Positions 12,460 to 26,576 of a stretch of DNA of 64,000 nucleotides are shown here, one piece after another. Source of the DNA: Syncephalis fuscata S228 (Eukaryota > Fungi > Zoopagomycota); assembly GCA_025786725.1 (NCBI GenBank), contig JAHLTZ010000006.1, forward strand, positions 372,001 through 436,000, in the 5' to 3' direction. The translations under genes were made by a program, and so were the position numbers. The notes below the pieces were generated by a model that saw nothing but the letters and a program-made list of their open reading frames with translations, searched no databases and was not told the DNA's origin. Positions within the stretch are counted from its first letter, which is position 1, and each line of letters starts with the position of its first letter.

Positions 12460-14414
12460 TTAAACGTATGCGGTAGTCGTGTTGTGATCTGTACCATCCT
12501 CGGTTGTGGGTTGTACATTTGGATCAATGTTTGATGATATAATCGCGCCGACAAAAGGTATGTGTCTATTATATGTACTTTGTACCAAGGTTGCAGCACT
12601 GTTTTTACTGTTCGCTTTAACTGCCTTTTTATCTTTACGCTGGCCATCAGACTTTGGCCGTAAACCAATAATAAAAAGAAGCGGACCAATACGCACAACA
12701 GACGATAATTTATAAAAAGCTATACGAGCAACTTCTGCCTCGACACTATAGTGCCAAACTTTTTCGTATTTCATTATGTTTACGATAAAGACCAGTAGAT
12801 GTCCAAATGAAAATACTGCGCATATTTTTGTCACCTATTATGTTAGTGGTGAGTATCGCTGCTTTTTCTTTTTTTTTTGTTTACAAATATAGTTTTTACA
12901 CTTACCAATGACAGCGCATGTCTTGCAGTGCTATTTGCTAATAGATTGCCTTGTTTTAACCAAAATGTTATACCTAAACACAGATGACTTAACATTGTTG
13001 TATTTGTAAATAATATTGTAATGTTACCATAATAAGTAAATGGAATGGCAATGATCATTAGAGTCGCCAATGTAAAGTAATTACACACATTTTGCACTGT
13101 GCTCTGCACAATGGATGGCTGAGTAAACGCAGAACTAGCATAAACTATTCGCTCAATAGCTGTTATTAAAAACGAGACAATGATAACATATCGAAGCAGC
13201 TGTAAATATCGACTGCTCCGCACGCTGACTGCAATTAAATGCCTAGTTATTATTATTATTGTTGTTATTATTAGTAATGACGGGTCTTAATATAGTCAAG
13301 AACAACCTTGTTGCATTATATAACATACCATAGCAGTAGTAGTAGATAAAATCCGACGAATGCAAATATTCTTTGAAAAAAAGTTATACACTTATAAGCC
13401 GAGCTTCTTAGTCTGAGCGGAAATTCTAATGCGCATACTAAAGTAATATATATATATATATATATATAAGCCAGATGGTTAACATTTTATTAATATTAGT
13501 AATGATAATCTTGTCTTACATATTGCGGCACACAACGCAAATACATAAATCACAGCTTGATACTTAGTGATGGTTCTTTTTTCCTTGATCAAGCTGTATA
13601 AAATTACAAAACTGTACAATATAATGCTTATAAGTACAGCCAATGTGCAATATATAAATGCTTGATAGTCAGTTGATAGTAAAGCATTATTCCAAGGCCC
13701 TGGTTCTGTAGATACATCAGTCTATATATTAGTTAATTCCAAAATATAATAGCCAATTCTCAAATGATCCAATTACCTTCTTTGACTGTTACAATGACTG
13801 TTGTCTCTAGTTTATCGCTTAAATCTATGGCAATCTGATAATTATTATGCGGTAGTAACGCAATGTTGATTGGCGAAGTAACTTCGTAAAAACTAAGCCC
13901 AAGTACTGTATAAAGCAAGATAGGGTACGCGCCAAATCCAGGATCCAGTTTTGTATGAAGTATGTATAATGCTGTGTCAATAGAAAAGCTATTTGTATCA
14001 TTTAAATACTGATTAAGTTTAGAGACTGCGATTCCCGCCTAATTATTGCAATAGTTAGAGCATGTTATCATAATACTGATATTAATGGCTTACATGCGCA
14101 ATTGTTGCACAGCCGCATCTCAGTGCTTTTACTGAATCAATTGCAATAATTACGGCTGTGATGTTATCGGACTTTACACTATCCAGTGCAGATTGAGCTG
14201 TATCAAGAACAGATGGCAATACCTCACATAATGCATTCTTATTAAACGCAGCGTCTACTAAAACACCGCGAGTTGTATACGGCGCAACCTCAGCCTCAAA
14301 TAAATCTTGTGTATGATATTAAAATGTTTGATTGCCTACACGGAATGTGGCCATACCAAATGCAGATACTATAAACCACGATAATAGAATAAATGTTCCT
14401 ATGCTATTTAGCAT
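12460..14414 (-). pseudogene. Signal peptide + PA-like ectodomain + multi-TM receptor-like gene, copy 1; in-frame TAA at 14319-14321
   Basis: Exon-by-exon paralog of 15071-17004; QTF*YHTQDLF here versus QTFQYHTQDLF in copy 2; EPGPWN motif precedes the hydrophobic helices. Confidence 0.7.
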
Positions 14415-15070
14415 TGTGTAGAAATATGTGATAGAAACAAATTGCGCGGAAAACATTAGAGCAAATAAACACAAGTCCATTTGAACTATATAAGAGTCTT
14501 GTTGATATCATGTTGGTATCACGTTGAACCTGATAAAACACGATTTGTTTTTTTGCAAATGTAAAAACTTGTTTTTACGTTCACAAGTAGTCCACATGAT
14601 ACTGACAATGACGATACACATGGAATCAGGGGCGTTGTATCTGACAATGTAACAAGTAATGGAAATAGCTATGCTTTTTATATTTATTTTGTACACTGAA
14701 AGTAAAACTTGAATAAATAACAATGCTTGGCTTTAATACTAACAGGAAAACCATTATTTTACACTTAATTGATTTAATAATTAAAAACATATTATTATAG
14801 TTTAGACCAAGCAACTCGATTATGCATTGCACATCTGTCAATGTCTGTTTTATGCTTTGTTCAAGTTGTGTCATGTTTGCAGATTTCTTAATTCCCAACC
14901 TAATTACTTTATGATATTCTTTATGTTATTTTGTGCAAGAAAAACATTGTGCTTAAGAATAGTTTACTAATAATAAATCATATCTGTATTTTATAAATTA
15001 CTGATAGTCGTTATTACTAATATAATAAAATTGTTGAATAGTCATTGTTGCTGCTAATTTAGGTGCTAGA

Positions 15071-17004
15071 TTAATTATATGCCGTCGTCGTGTTGTAATA
15101 AGTACTATGCTCGGGTATCAGCCTTGCATCTGGATCGACATTTGATGATATTAGTGCGCCAGTATAAGTTGCATATCCATTACGTGTCATTTGTACCGAG
15201 GCTGTAGTACTATTTCTGTTGTCTACTTCAATTGCCGCTTTATCTTTATATGGACTATCGGATTTTGGACGTAAATCAATAATGAAAAGAAGTGCCCCAG
15301 TGCGCGTAACATACGATAATTGAAAAAGAACTATGCGAGCAACTTCGGCCACAACACCATAGCGCCATATCCTTTTTTCTTCCATTATATTTCCAGTAAA
15401 TATCAATAGATATCCCAGTAAAAATACTGCACATATTTTTGTTACCTAGTATACTAATGGTAAATATTCAAGTAATTTATATTTGCCTATCAATTTAATC
15501 TTCTTAATGCTTACTAATGACAGTGCATGTTTCGCAGGACTATTTTCCAATAGCTTGCCTTGTTTTATCCAAAATATTATGCCTAAACACAAACGGCTTA
15601 TTATTATAATATTTAATAGTATTATAATATTACCATAATAAATAAATGCAATTATGGTGATAGTTTGAGTTACTAGTATAAAATAATTATTAATTATTTC
15701 TATTGTGTTTCGTATCGTAAATGTTGAAATAAACTGGACAATAACAGTTAATACTTGACCAATAGTTGTTATCACAAACGAGATAATAATACCATATCGG
15801 AGCAGTTGTAATTGTCGACTATTTTGTAAACTGGTTGCAATTGAATGCCTATGCATTATTATCATTAATAGTGGATTTTGGTAGGATTAGTAAGCATTTT
15901 ACAATGGTATACAACATACCATAGCAGCAATAGCGTATGAAATCCAATGTATATGAAAAATCCATAAAACATGGTTATGAATTTATATGCCAAACTATTT
16001 AGTTTGAACGCAAATCCTGATGCACACACTAACATAATATATAAAACCAGCTGATTAGCATTATATCAGTATTAGTAATGATAAGTTTATCTTACATATT
16101 GCAGCACACAGCGCAGAAACATATATCACAATGTGTTGTCTAGTGATATTTCTCTTCTCCTTGATCAAACGGTATAAAACTACAAAACTGTACAATATAA
16201 TGCTTATAAATACTCCCAGTGTGCAATATATGAATGCTCGATATCCAATTGATAAAAAAACACTATTCCAAGGCCCTGGTTCTGTGAATAAGCCGTTTTA
16301 TATATTAACTAATATTAGCTAATATTTGAAATATAATAACCAATACTAAAATCAATCAATTACCTTCTTCAACTGTTACAATAATTGCTGCTTTTAACTT
16401 AGCGAATGCAGCTAAAACGGTCAGATAATTATTCAGTGGCAATAATGCAATGTTGACCGGAGAAGCACCTTCGTAAAAACTAAACCCATATGTCGTATAA
16501 GACATGGTGGGAGATGCACCAAAACTGGGACCTGGTTTTGTATTAGATATGTATAGCGCCGTGTCAATTGAAAAGTCTTTCGTGCTATTTAAATACTGCT
16601 TAAGTTTAGAAACTGCGACTCCCGCCTAGTTATAGCGATAGTTAGAATGTGCTAATTCAATACTGGCGTTGATGGCTTACATGAGCAATTGTTTTACATC
16701 CACATTCTTTTGCTTCTAGACTATCAACACCAATAATTACACTTGTGATGTTGTCTGATTTTACATTATTCAGCCCAGCTCGAGCTATATTAAGAACACG
16801 TGGTGATATCTCGCATGTTGAATTTGGATTAAACACAGCTTTTGCAAAAACACCGCGAGTTGTATACGGCGCAACTTCAATTTCAAATAAATCTTGTGTG
16901 TGATATTGAAATGTTTGATTGCCTACACGAAATGTGGCCATACCAAATGCAGACACGCCAAAGCATAGTAATAGCGCAACTGTTCCTATATTAGTTAACA
17001 TCAT
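15071..17004 (-). CDS. Signal peptide + PA-like ectodomain + multi-TM (7TM-like) receptor-like protein, copy 2, apparently intact
   Basis: MMLTNIGTVALLLCFGVSAFG signal; Cys-containing ectodomain (STCEI, AKECGCKT); VTVEEEPGPWN then successive hydrophobic segments; the first three exons were checked and splice in frame. Confidence 0.75.
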
Positions 17005-17900
17005 GTAGAATATGCAATACAAAATAAACTAAAAAAGAATACCAGAGTAATTAAACAAAAAAGTTATTTAAGCTATGTGCGAATTTGACCATTGCCATGC
17101 TAAAACCAATGCAAGCACGACTTGTTTCGTGTAAATATAAAAAACTTGTTTTGATGTCCATATATGGCACATATGATACTGATAATAAAGGTCACATGGA
17201 AATGGAAGCATTGTTTGGGACAGAGTAGCAAGTGATGGCAGTCAGTCATGCTGTATAGATACTTATTTGTAAATAGTAATAAACTTGGATAAATAATGAC
17301 AAATAATTTGAATACTAGCTAAAAATTTATGATTTACACGAACAGCAATGGTTGGATTTTTGCAAATTTAAAATGATTTTGGAATAACTTTTCAGTTCCA
17401 TGTTCTTTTAATTATGCTTTTAATAGTTAAAATTTGGATGTTTGTATTATACTGTTATCTACCTAATCATTATCTGTAATGGGCGAATGGCCAATGGTGT
17501 CATGAATATTGCCATATTGTGTGCTGTGTAATTTTTACGCTTTTACTGCTATTTTATAACCTTATAAAAATAAGTTTGATTAAAATAACTTGGCTATGAA
17601 ATGGAGACAATACACAAACCAGTCCTGGTGTTCTTGTCATATTGTTTCCCGGTATGTTGACTGTTATTTTTAATAGACATGGTATTATTGTGCGTTGAAG
17701 TTGGCTATAGTCTTAGGTATACCTCACTTCTATATTCAAACTAATACCGAGAACAGCGTCATTATATTAACAACTTTACCCTTTTAGCAATACTATTTAT
17801 ATATTCTATTCGAACGATATATAATTTATTATTCCAATGTAGCTAAATATTGACAAAAAATTATAATATTACATAACAGCTAACAAAAATATAAATTATA

Positions 17901-18360
17901 AAGCTACTGTACTTTGACTCTCACATTTTTATTTATTTATCTCACCCCTCAACACTTTTAAATACAATTAAACACTCACTCATCACTATAACATGTATAG
18001 TATTGCATCGAGCATTAATTAATTTATATGTAATTATCAATACAATAATGTAATTAAATATGCACATTGCAGTATTAGTTGAAGTTAAAATAGCATTTAA
18101 TAAAATAAAAGGCTTTTTACACTAAATTGTTAAATATCTTTGTTGAAATGGTCTACAAGCACAAAAAGAATAAATAATTGCAATTATTAAATACAATTAT
18201 TATAATATACAAGTGTGGTTCAAGTAAACAGAAACAAGATAGAAAAGAAATAGACCATATAACAGTTTGATGTGCAGTATGACAAACAGGTAACAGAAGT
18301 AATGAGGAATGACATGGAATTGCAATCATATGGCTTCTATTAATATTCGATTAATCTTTC
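17901..18360 (-). mobile_element. Truncated MITE-like element, copy A (inverted relative to 27024-27682)
   Basis: 17901-18290 is the reverse complement of 27293-27682; begins AAGCTA-CTGTACTTTGACTCTCACA; similarity decays to ~18360. Confidence 0.85.
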
Positions 18361-18997
18361 TTGCAGCAATAAAGTTGTTATTTTGCACTGAGTTGCTTTA
18401 GAACTGCACGCCGTATTGGTGTATTTTGCATTTTTACGGTATATGTAGAAATCGGCAATAATACCCAGACTGAGTAAGTTAGAGCAGTTACAAAATAACT
18501 TGAAGTTGTCTAAACTAGTGCGGCAGTGTTCTACAATATCTGTTATTTGCATTGGTCAGCAATGGTTAATGTAGACACAGATAGTGCTGCTTAGCTGTAA
18601 GCTGCGCTGAAACTGTATTATCCGTGCCTTTATCAGCCTATGATGGATTTTGCACTGCTTTTCCTGGTCCGGTACTGTAGCTGGCACCAACATTTATAAT
18701 AAATTATTGCAGGACACTTTTTTTGCAATATGTCTTAGTAATCTGCGCTTCAAACGCATCATTTTTTGTTAAACAAGTATTGCTATATTTATTTAATTTA
18801 GTGTGCCAACTGCAAATGCAGATCCATAGCATACAAATAGCCATGTGCGTATCTATGACTAATTACTTAGCAATAATAGAAGTTTAAAATGACAATTACC
18901 GAGAAAGAAATTCATATTAATTGCCAGACAATTTTATAAATCACTAATTTTATTTCATTTAATAATTACAAATATGTAGTTAGCTAAAAGCAAATTG

Positions 18998-21900
18998 TTA
19001 TTGATTGTTGTTGCTTTTATATAATAGCTGAGCCGTTTGCATCGTTTCAGAATGAAGTGCTATTAAACGATAATAGCAAAGAATTTGTAAACGATTTTGA
19101 CGTGTTTGTAGATCCAATTGTGTATTTCCGTGTAATTGCTGGATACGTCGATCAATAATAGTTAAATCGAAGCGATAACGACAATCTAATGGACGATGAA
19201 CATCGGGCGGGCAACCAATGGGACACTGATTCTCGATAGCTGCAATAGCAAATATTGCAGGAGAAAATGGAACGGGATTGTTGACTCGTTGTAGAAATGC
19301 AGCTTGTTGCTCAAACAGTAACTGTTGCTGTTGTCGTTGTATTTTTTGCTGCTGTAATTGCATCAACAATTGTGTACATGTTTCTTGAACTGTTGAATCT
19401 CGAGTAGTGGCTGGCGGATTATTAATTGGATTTGCTACAGATGGATAAGGTCTATTATTTGCTGTAGTTGGCTATTACAAATAATACAAAATTAGTTAAT
19501 TAAATATCATCATAATTTTAATCACTTACTCTATTTGCTTGCTGTGTTAAAGGACTGAGTTGCATATGATTAGGCACGTTACTTCCATTATTAGTTGTTG
19601 AAACCGGCATTGGCCTATTGACAGGCCTATTAGATCCAGTAGCCATTGGTGACGGCGTATTCGTCATGGGCGCTGCTGGTGGAGTTTTAATAGTATTAGC
19701 TAGCGTATATAACGGAACAGCACCACTTGGCGTTATAGGTGCAGCAGCAGCTTGAGTTGTTTTTCTTGTCCAATTCTGGGTTTGTTGTTGTTGTTGTTGC
19801 TGTTGCTGCTGCTGTTTTTGTTGGCCATCCGAATGTAGTGTAGACATAGTAGCCAATGTTGAAATAACCCCTGAAGGTACTGGTGGTGTCGTTGCTGTTG
19901 GATATGAAGAGCGACTATTATGTTGACTTTGAGTAGGTTTCATTGGCAAACTTGCTAATGGTGTAGAAGTCATCACTGGAGGAAATGCACGCTGTGTTGG
20001 CAGTATTGTTTCAGCTGCAGTCGTTCCAGTTGCCACTACTGTCTTTGTGCTATTAAGCATTTGATAGGCAGTTGATGTAGGTTCAGTTTTCAACGGTGTC
20101 GTTAATGGTGCGGACTGAGTAGTCGCTGTTGTTGCAGCTGGTGCATCTGCCGGTGTGTTAATCGCTTTAACGGCTGAACGCGGAGCATCTGATAAATTAG
20201 GAAAGTTATTCTTCATCTTTGGCCAAGGTATTTGCCATGTCTGTTGAGGCTGTGCCTGTTTATTCGATACCATTGGCTTTTTAAACGATAATAAACGAGA
20301 TGCATCTGTTCCTGGCTTCATAGGCAACGGTGCAGTGGCCGATTTAGTTTGATCATTTGTAGCTATATTTTTGCTATTATTATTATTACCAACTTCATCA
20401 TCTTCAAGTTCAATAACAACAGGCGATGAAGGTTTTTTTATGTTTACAATTGGTAATGGCACAGCAGTTACAGTGGGGAATGTAGGCGGTACTGGCGTTG
20501 TATTGATAGACTTTTGCTGCTGCTCTTTTTGATCACTTGTAGCTAACTTTAAAGATCCATCTTCAGGTAACAAAGTTACCAAAGTATCATTTGCCGTCTT
20601 TGCTGTTGAGGCTGCTGATTTAAAAGGCGCTTTTAATGGTGTCGAATCTATTGCCGTTGTTTTGTCATCATACTTTTGTAAAATAGCATGAACAATTGTG
20701 TGGTAATATTCAGTCGGTACCTTATTACGATTAAAAATCTCCTTGATTTGTATATAGTTTATATCTTTGTTCACTTCTGTGTTAAATCCACTTTGCTTTA
20801 CTTTTTGTCGTGCTTCTTGCATAAGTGCCGTAATATTGATTCGATCTTTAGGATCAGTGATGTAGCGTTCAATAATATTATCTTGATTAGCCACTTCATT
20901 TGATACTTGTAATACTGTTTCTTTTTTAGTCTTTTCTGCTGGTACAGACACAGTAGTTGAAGATGTTGGCGGTGTTCGATAAGACGACTGTCTATTTTCA
21001 TTATTAACGGGTATTTTGCTGTCATTAGCTATTGTTGGTGATTCTATTAATAAATCAGATTTGACAGCTACTTTATCGTCTATTAAGGCAACATCTTTAC
21101 TATCGGCCATTGTCACAACTGTAGTAGTAGTAGTAGTAGTAGCAAGTTTAGATACTGGCTGTTTCTCAATAACCTTTTCTTTTGGCGATGGCTCAACTCG
21201 ATTCACTGCTTGTTGATTAGTGGCTACATTAACTTGTTTTGCTTGGCTATTATTATTATTATTATTATTATTATTAGCAGGCTTTGGTACTGTTTTGACT
21301 GAGCCCAATGATAATGGTGTGGTGATCGGCTTTAACTGTCCATGTTGCCAAATTTGTGTAGGAGATGCTGTTGGATTAGATCCTTTAGGCATCCGTTTCA
21401 TTTGTTGTATCATCGTTCTAAAAGCTAGTCTTGTGTAAACAGTATGAGGCTTGTCCTTAATATACTGCTTAGTTGTTCTATTAAAACCACATGCTAATAT
21501 TTCAGGCAACACTACTGCTAATGAAGCAGTATTGGATAATAGCGGTAGAAATAATCCTTCTAATAATTGTATAAAGTTAAATAACTATAATATTTGTATT
21601 CACATAAATACTTACCTTCAACCGATTGCTGAATAACAAGATGAAAGATTGACATATTCTACTTAATGTGTTAATTAAACTGTATGTATCTATTAATACT
21701 AATTAGCATTACTTACTTCCAGTGATCCAACACCGTGACACTGTTCAATAATCGTTTCACTTTTTACAACTGGACTAAGAAATATAAGTGTATCGACTAT
21801 TGTGAAATACGAAGCCATATTATTTGTAGCCAGTATCAATTTATAGTGTTGTTGTTCGAATAAACTAAGCGACAGATGTAACTTCTCTTGTGACATATTC

Positions 21901-24900
21901 TCATCCTAATTGATTCAAAGCAATGTATAAATCATTAATCTATCAGTAGTTTGTTATTCTATTATTCCAATAAACTTACCATACATAAATGAGGAATTGA
22001 TAATAAAGATAAAAATGAAGAACAGCGGTCCAGTATTTGCTTTGTATGAGCAACTAGTAAAATACGACGCTGTTCAGGTATTAGCACTGACAATAATAGA
22101 TATAATACAGCATATTTATCAGATCCTTGTTCTGGAGAATTAGCCGGTGGCGATAACAGTACATTAGCAGTATCTGAATCGAGTACTGGATAATCAACAA
22201 TCTTCCGTAACTCATTAAATAGTTGCTGTGCCTTAATAGTCACTGCCTTATTTGAACCAGATACATGGGGTAGTAATAGAGTAGATTGATTTTTCTCTAA
22301 TACTTGTGAATATTGCAGTTGTTGTTGTGTAGTCATTGTTACCGGTAAAATAACTTGTACCTATTTAGATATGTATATGTATATTAATCAATTAAATAGC
22401 CTTATTATTAGCTATCATCTTACTTTACTGGGCAACTCATTAATTACTTGCAATTTGGTTCGTCTCAATACATGCTGGTTTAATATCTATATATTTAATG
22501 GATTGCGTAATTAATCAGCTAGCTACTTAATTAATACAATAAACTTACTTGTTCTTGTTGACGTTTTTCATTCTCTAAATCAATAGGCTTATTTCCCGCC
22601 CATTGGCCTGGATTCAAACAACGAATCCATGGCAGATAACGCTGCGTAAATTGAATAGAATGACCTATTAAATCAACATTATAGTTGATATACTAATTAC
22701 TATATTTAAACTCCTTACCATCAAGTAAAACTGTTTGTTGTCGCTTTAACTGTTGAAGTACATTAACCAACCGAGTAGATATATCGGTACTGCAACTAGA
22801 TACATCATCAATGACAATAGATGACCAGGCCTGATTCTTAAATAGCGACTCATCACAAATCAAGGTCTGATAGCTGACCACAACAATATGAGCGGTTAAA
22901 CGATTAGTCCATGGCTTTAATGCAAGTAAGTGTTCAGCGGTCACTTGTCGTAACTCACTAACTCCTGCATAGGTCAATGTAATTACTCGAAGTGTATCCC
23001 ACGTCGATAATAGAGCCTTCCAGTGGAATATCATCGATTCATGTACAATAATCAATGAAGGATAATTCGTATATTGATCTTGCTCTATAATATAATTTAA
23101 AAAGCAGATAACCTGTACTCGTCGACCAAGACCGTGTTCATCATTTAACCAACACCAAGACAAAGAAGAATCCTTTTCTGTATTGATTGAAAATGAACGT
23201 TGCCATTGTGTATATAACCAACTAAAATAAATAAACAATTATTAATTAAATAATATTAATTACAATATTACTCACTTTACACCTATTTGTTGATATGGTT
23301 TCAATGAAAACCTCGAACATAATAATTGTAACCTTGAGTCACTTGTGTTTATAGACTTATTATTATCATCTAATGACAATGATGATTGTGGGTTTGAAAG
23401 TGATTCAGGAGTAATGGTCATAAGTAAAGTGTAGAGGTAGAATTGAAGAGCTCGTATATATTCACTATATGAAATATCATTCTCTTTTAATGGCAATTCC
23501 CATGTACCTATTAATAGTAACAATAACAGCAATAATATAAATAACTATTAATTAATCAGTTCATTTAATAATAAACCTACCTTCATTGGCCGGTAATTCC
23601 TGCCATTGAATATAAACTTTACTAATATGTGCCATTAACGACGCCACCACTGCTGTATCTAGGGCCTCTATTATTATGGCGTTTAACAATGTATACTTAT
23701 TCCGTACAATCTTTGCCTTTTGTCGTCTCAATAGCGGCATAACATGAAGTGGCAAGGCATTTGGCTGCCATCGAATACAAATAATACTCTCAACCATTGT
23801 CCACGCTATTGATACAGATTGTCGTAACGGTAATAGGGTTCCCGATACTGAAGATGCTTCATATTGCTGTAATAATAAAGGTGAAATGGCAGAAATCCAT
23901 GAAAATGATACCCATACAATGTCTCGATATGATTTATGTTGAAACTTTATACAATAATCACGTAATGGATATGGAACTGTATCAACAACAACAACAGCAA
24001 CATTAGTACTAATCGTATACTATTATAATCTACATACCAAATGTATTATCGTTAAAGTGAGGTGTAGCTTGAGATGACCGAGAACGTGATGTTATAATTC
24101 TTTCTGGTGTCCATGGACATTTTAAACAGTCATTGCATTCCCATTGTTGGTTAGGAGGGAAGAATTTACTTGGAAAGCATATTTTATGAGCTGATCGATG
24201 ACATCTCCGACAATTGATAACCGGCTTTAAATGAGCAGCAGCAGATGGTTTAGATGTTGACTGATTATCCAGTTCAGTATTAATGGCAATACTGCATATA
24301 AAACATTGCTTAAGTGGTGGAGTGTCTTTCAATGTAGTTAGTGGTGATTCATTAATAGTAGGCGTGGTGGGTGTATTATTTAGCATACGCTTCCCATTAT
24401 TTTCTTCTTCTTCCTCTTCTGATGATAAATCTGGACAGACCCATGATGTTTTGGTGGGTGTGTTCTGCCCTCTTACTGGTGACACTGTACGTTGACCTAA
24501 CATGCGCTTTTGTGTATTCAATTTATTGGACCATACAGGCTGAACCACTTTGCTTGGTTTATCTTTATCAATATCACTGTTACTGTTACTGTTACCGTAT
24601 TGGCTATTATCTTTACTACGAATATCCATATCACTATTAGAGTCATTATCTTTTATAATTATTTTAGTAGGTCTTCTTTGTTTCTGCTGATTCCCTTTAC
24701 TATTTGATAGCTTATGTTTTCTAAGTGATAATATTGGTTTATCGTCATCACTATCATCGTCATCACTAGTATTGCCATCACTTTTATCGCTATCACTATC
24801 ATTATTGTTGCTTTCTTCGCTAGATGAGTCCTGTTCCGATGATATTGATAGCTCTCTGGTACTTTGAGTCATAAATAGCTTGTCTGAACAGATAGTAAAG

Positions 24901-25931
24901 CGTATAATTTTTGGATGTTCAATAACAATATTTTTCCATCCATTCGCTTTGCTTGATGGTTGACGGGCAGCAAATTCAAAGGTTTCAATCAATAATGAGG
25001 CACTGTCTAATGAAGATAATTGTTCCTATAGAGTAAACGTTAGTATTAGTAATATATTATATTATTATAATGCTTACCCAGCTATAGGTGCCCATGATGT
25101 CTCTAACCAAGTAGTAAACACGTCCCCCTTCTTCAGTACGTTTAGCAACAATCTCTTCAATATCCGTAGGTGAATTTGATCCATTAGATGTGCTATCTGT
25201 ACTCATGGCCATATTAGATGTATTAAAAGACTTTTTATAGATATTTTAAAGTGACGGGCTGCACTCAAATAGCTGTCATCTTGTTCATCTGTTGATAGTA
25301 GCGATCGCTTCAGTCTTCTTTGCCAATCTTTGTAATAAGAGCGTATTGGATGATTGGCTTGTACCATAGCCTTTATAATAGAATCGACTGTATGTTCTAA
25401 TGGCCCTTTTCGTTTTACTAATGGCTTTTTGGATTTTATAGCTGATTGTTGATCATTTAATTTACCATAAGCTTTGCGTTTCATCGGTGGCCCTTGAGGG
25501 CTCGTCGAATCAGATTGGCCTGTGTTCTTTGATATGGAGGCTGTTTTTGTATGTGATCTATCCTTCATTGGCGTATCGTCATCACTAATTGAACGTTTAC
25601 GAGAATAACGAGCTATATTCTTTAATCGTTGTCTATCAAACTCTCGTACTAGATCAATACAGCCATCAAGATTCGAAATATTCTCCCACGTAGCCTGATC
25701 CTCTGGAAAATTAAGCCATTTTACGTAATAAACTGGTCCACCTGGCAGATCCTCATAATCAAGAATTCTTTCTACTTCATACACATTGGCTTCATCAGGA
25801 GAGTTGGTGTTAAGACTTTCTATTTCAATAACATCGTGTTCTTTCATACTGTCGGTGTTGATGTTAACTTGATTGCGACGGCGTTGACGCCGTGCTTCTT
25901 TCTCTGCTCGATTCTTACTGATGTTAGTCAT
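18998..25931 (-). CDS. CHD/Mit1-like chromatin protein: chromodomains + PHD finger + degenerate SNF2 ATPase + long low-complexity C-terminus, multi-exon; 5' end may extend further
   Basis: YEVERILD...YYVKWLNFPEDQATWE chromodomain; CFIC...CRRCHRSAHKIC...WECNDC PHD; YCIKFQHKSYRDIVWV and VYIQWQELP double chromo; LKPYQQIGV, LNDEHGLGRRVQVI, PSLIIV, HIVVVSYQTL, WSSIVIDD. Confidence 0.8.
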
Positions 25932-26550
25932 AGAATGGTCAATGACTCTGGGCTTGGTACGGCTTGCCGTAACACTCGTTTCTGTTAAGTTGTTTACTTT
26001 TTAGCTGTTACCGATACAAATAGTGAAATTGGTTGACTGATTTTAACTATAGATTCATCATAGCGTAAATATATTGATTACATTTATGGCAGTTTGCCGT
26101 GGTAAACTGGAATCATTCAGTGGTACTTACCTTGTACAGCGACAATTACGTTCGAATTTAATAGCTGTATTGCAATTCAATTACTGCAATCAGTGTATAT
26201 ATATATTCAATTGACCGCACAGAAATGACGTGGACGCTAGAGGTAACAGGCAACAGAGTAAATAGATAAAAGAAAAAGGCTAGACGCTGATGAAAATGTT
26301 ACACGGTATGTGCAGGTGTGTGTAAATAATAAGACAATTCTAGACTCAGTACGCGAATATTTAAATAATAGTTGTTAAATCTAGTGTTTATATTATAATA
26401 TAGCTGCATTAGTGTATTAATTAGCATGTCTATAATGATTATAAATAGTTTTGACACTTTAACAATATACTAGATATTATTAATGATAAATTGTAATAAT
26501 CATTAGTATGTTGTCATATGACCATTATTTGTGACATGATCCAATGTGGC

Positions 26551-26576
26551 GTGTGTGTGTGTGTGTGTGCGTGTGT
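26551..26576. repeat. (GT)n microsatellite
   Basis: gtgtgtgtgtgtgtgtgtgcgtgtgt. Confidence 0.9.

Larger units (their letters stand above)
12170..17330. repeat. Diverged tandem duplication, ~2.6-kb unit covering the gene plus 5' and 3' flanks
   Basis: 12170-12420 resembles 14790-15030; 14430-14740 resembles 17040-17330; coding parts are collinear. Confidence 0.8.

Noticed and set aside
14319-14321. TAA reassigned to Gln
   Set aside because: TAA is the normal terminator of conserved genes here (chitin synthase, GRP94) and long ORFs lack internal TAA
3921-25931. Functional heterochromatin gene cluster (Stc1-like, Scc3, CHD-like)
   Set aside because: Interrupted by unrelated genes; proximity alone is not evidence without synteny data
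26124-26133. U1 snRNA 5' end (TACTTACCT)
   Set aside because: No U1 stem-loops or Sm site follow; it reads as a minus-strand splice donor (AG/GTAAGTA)
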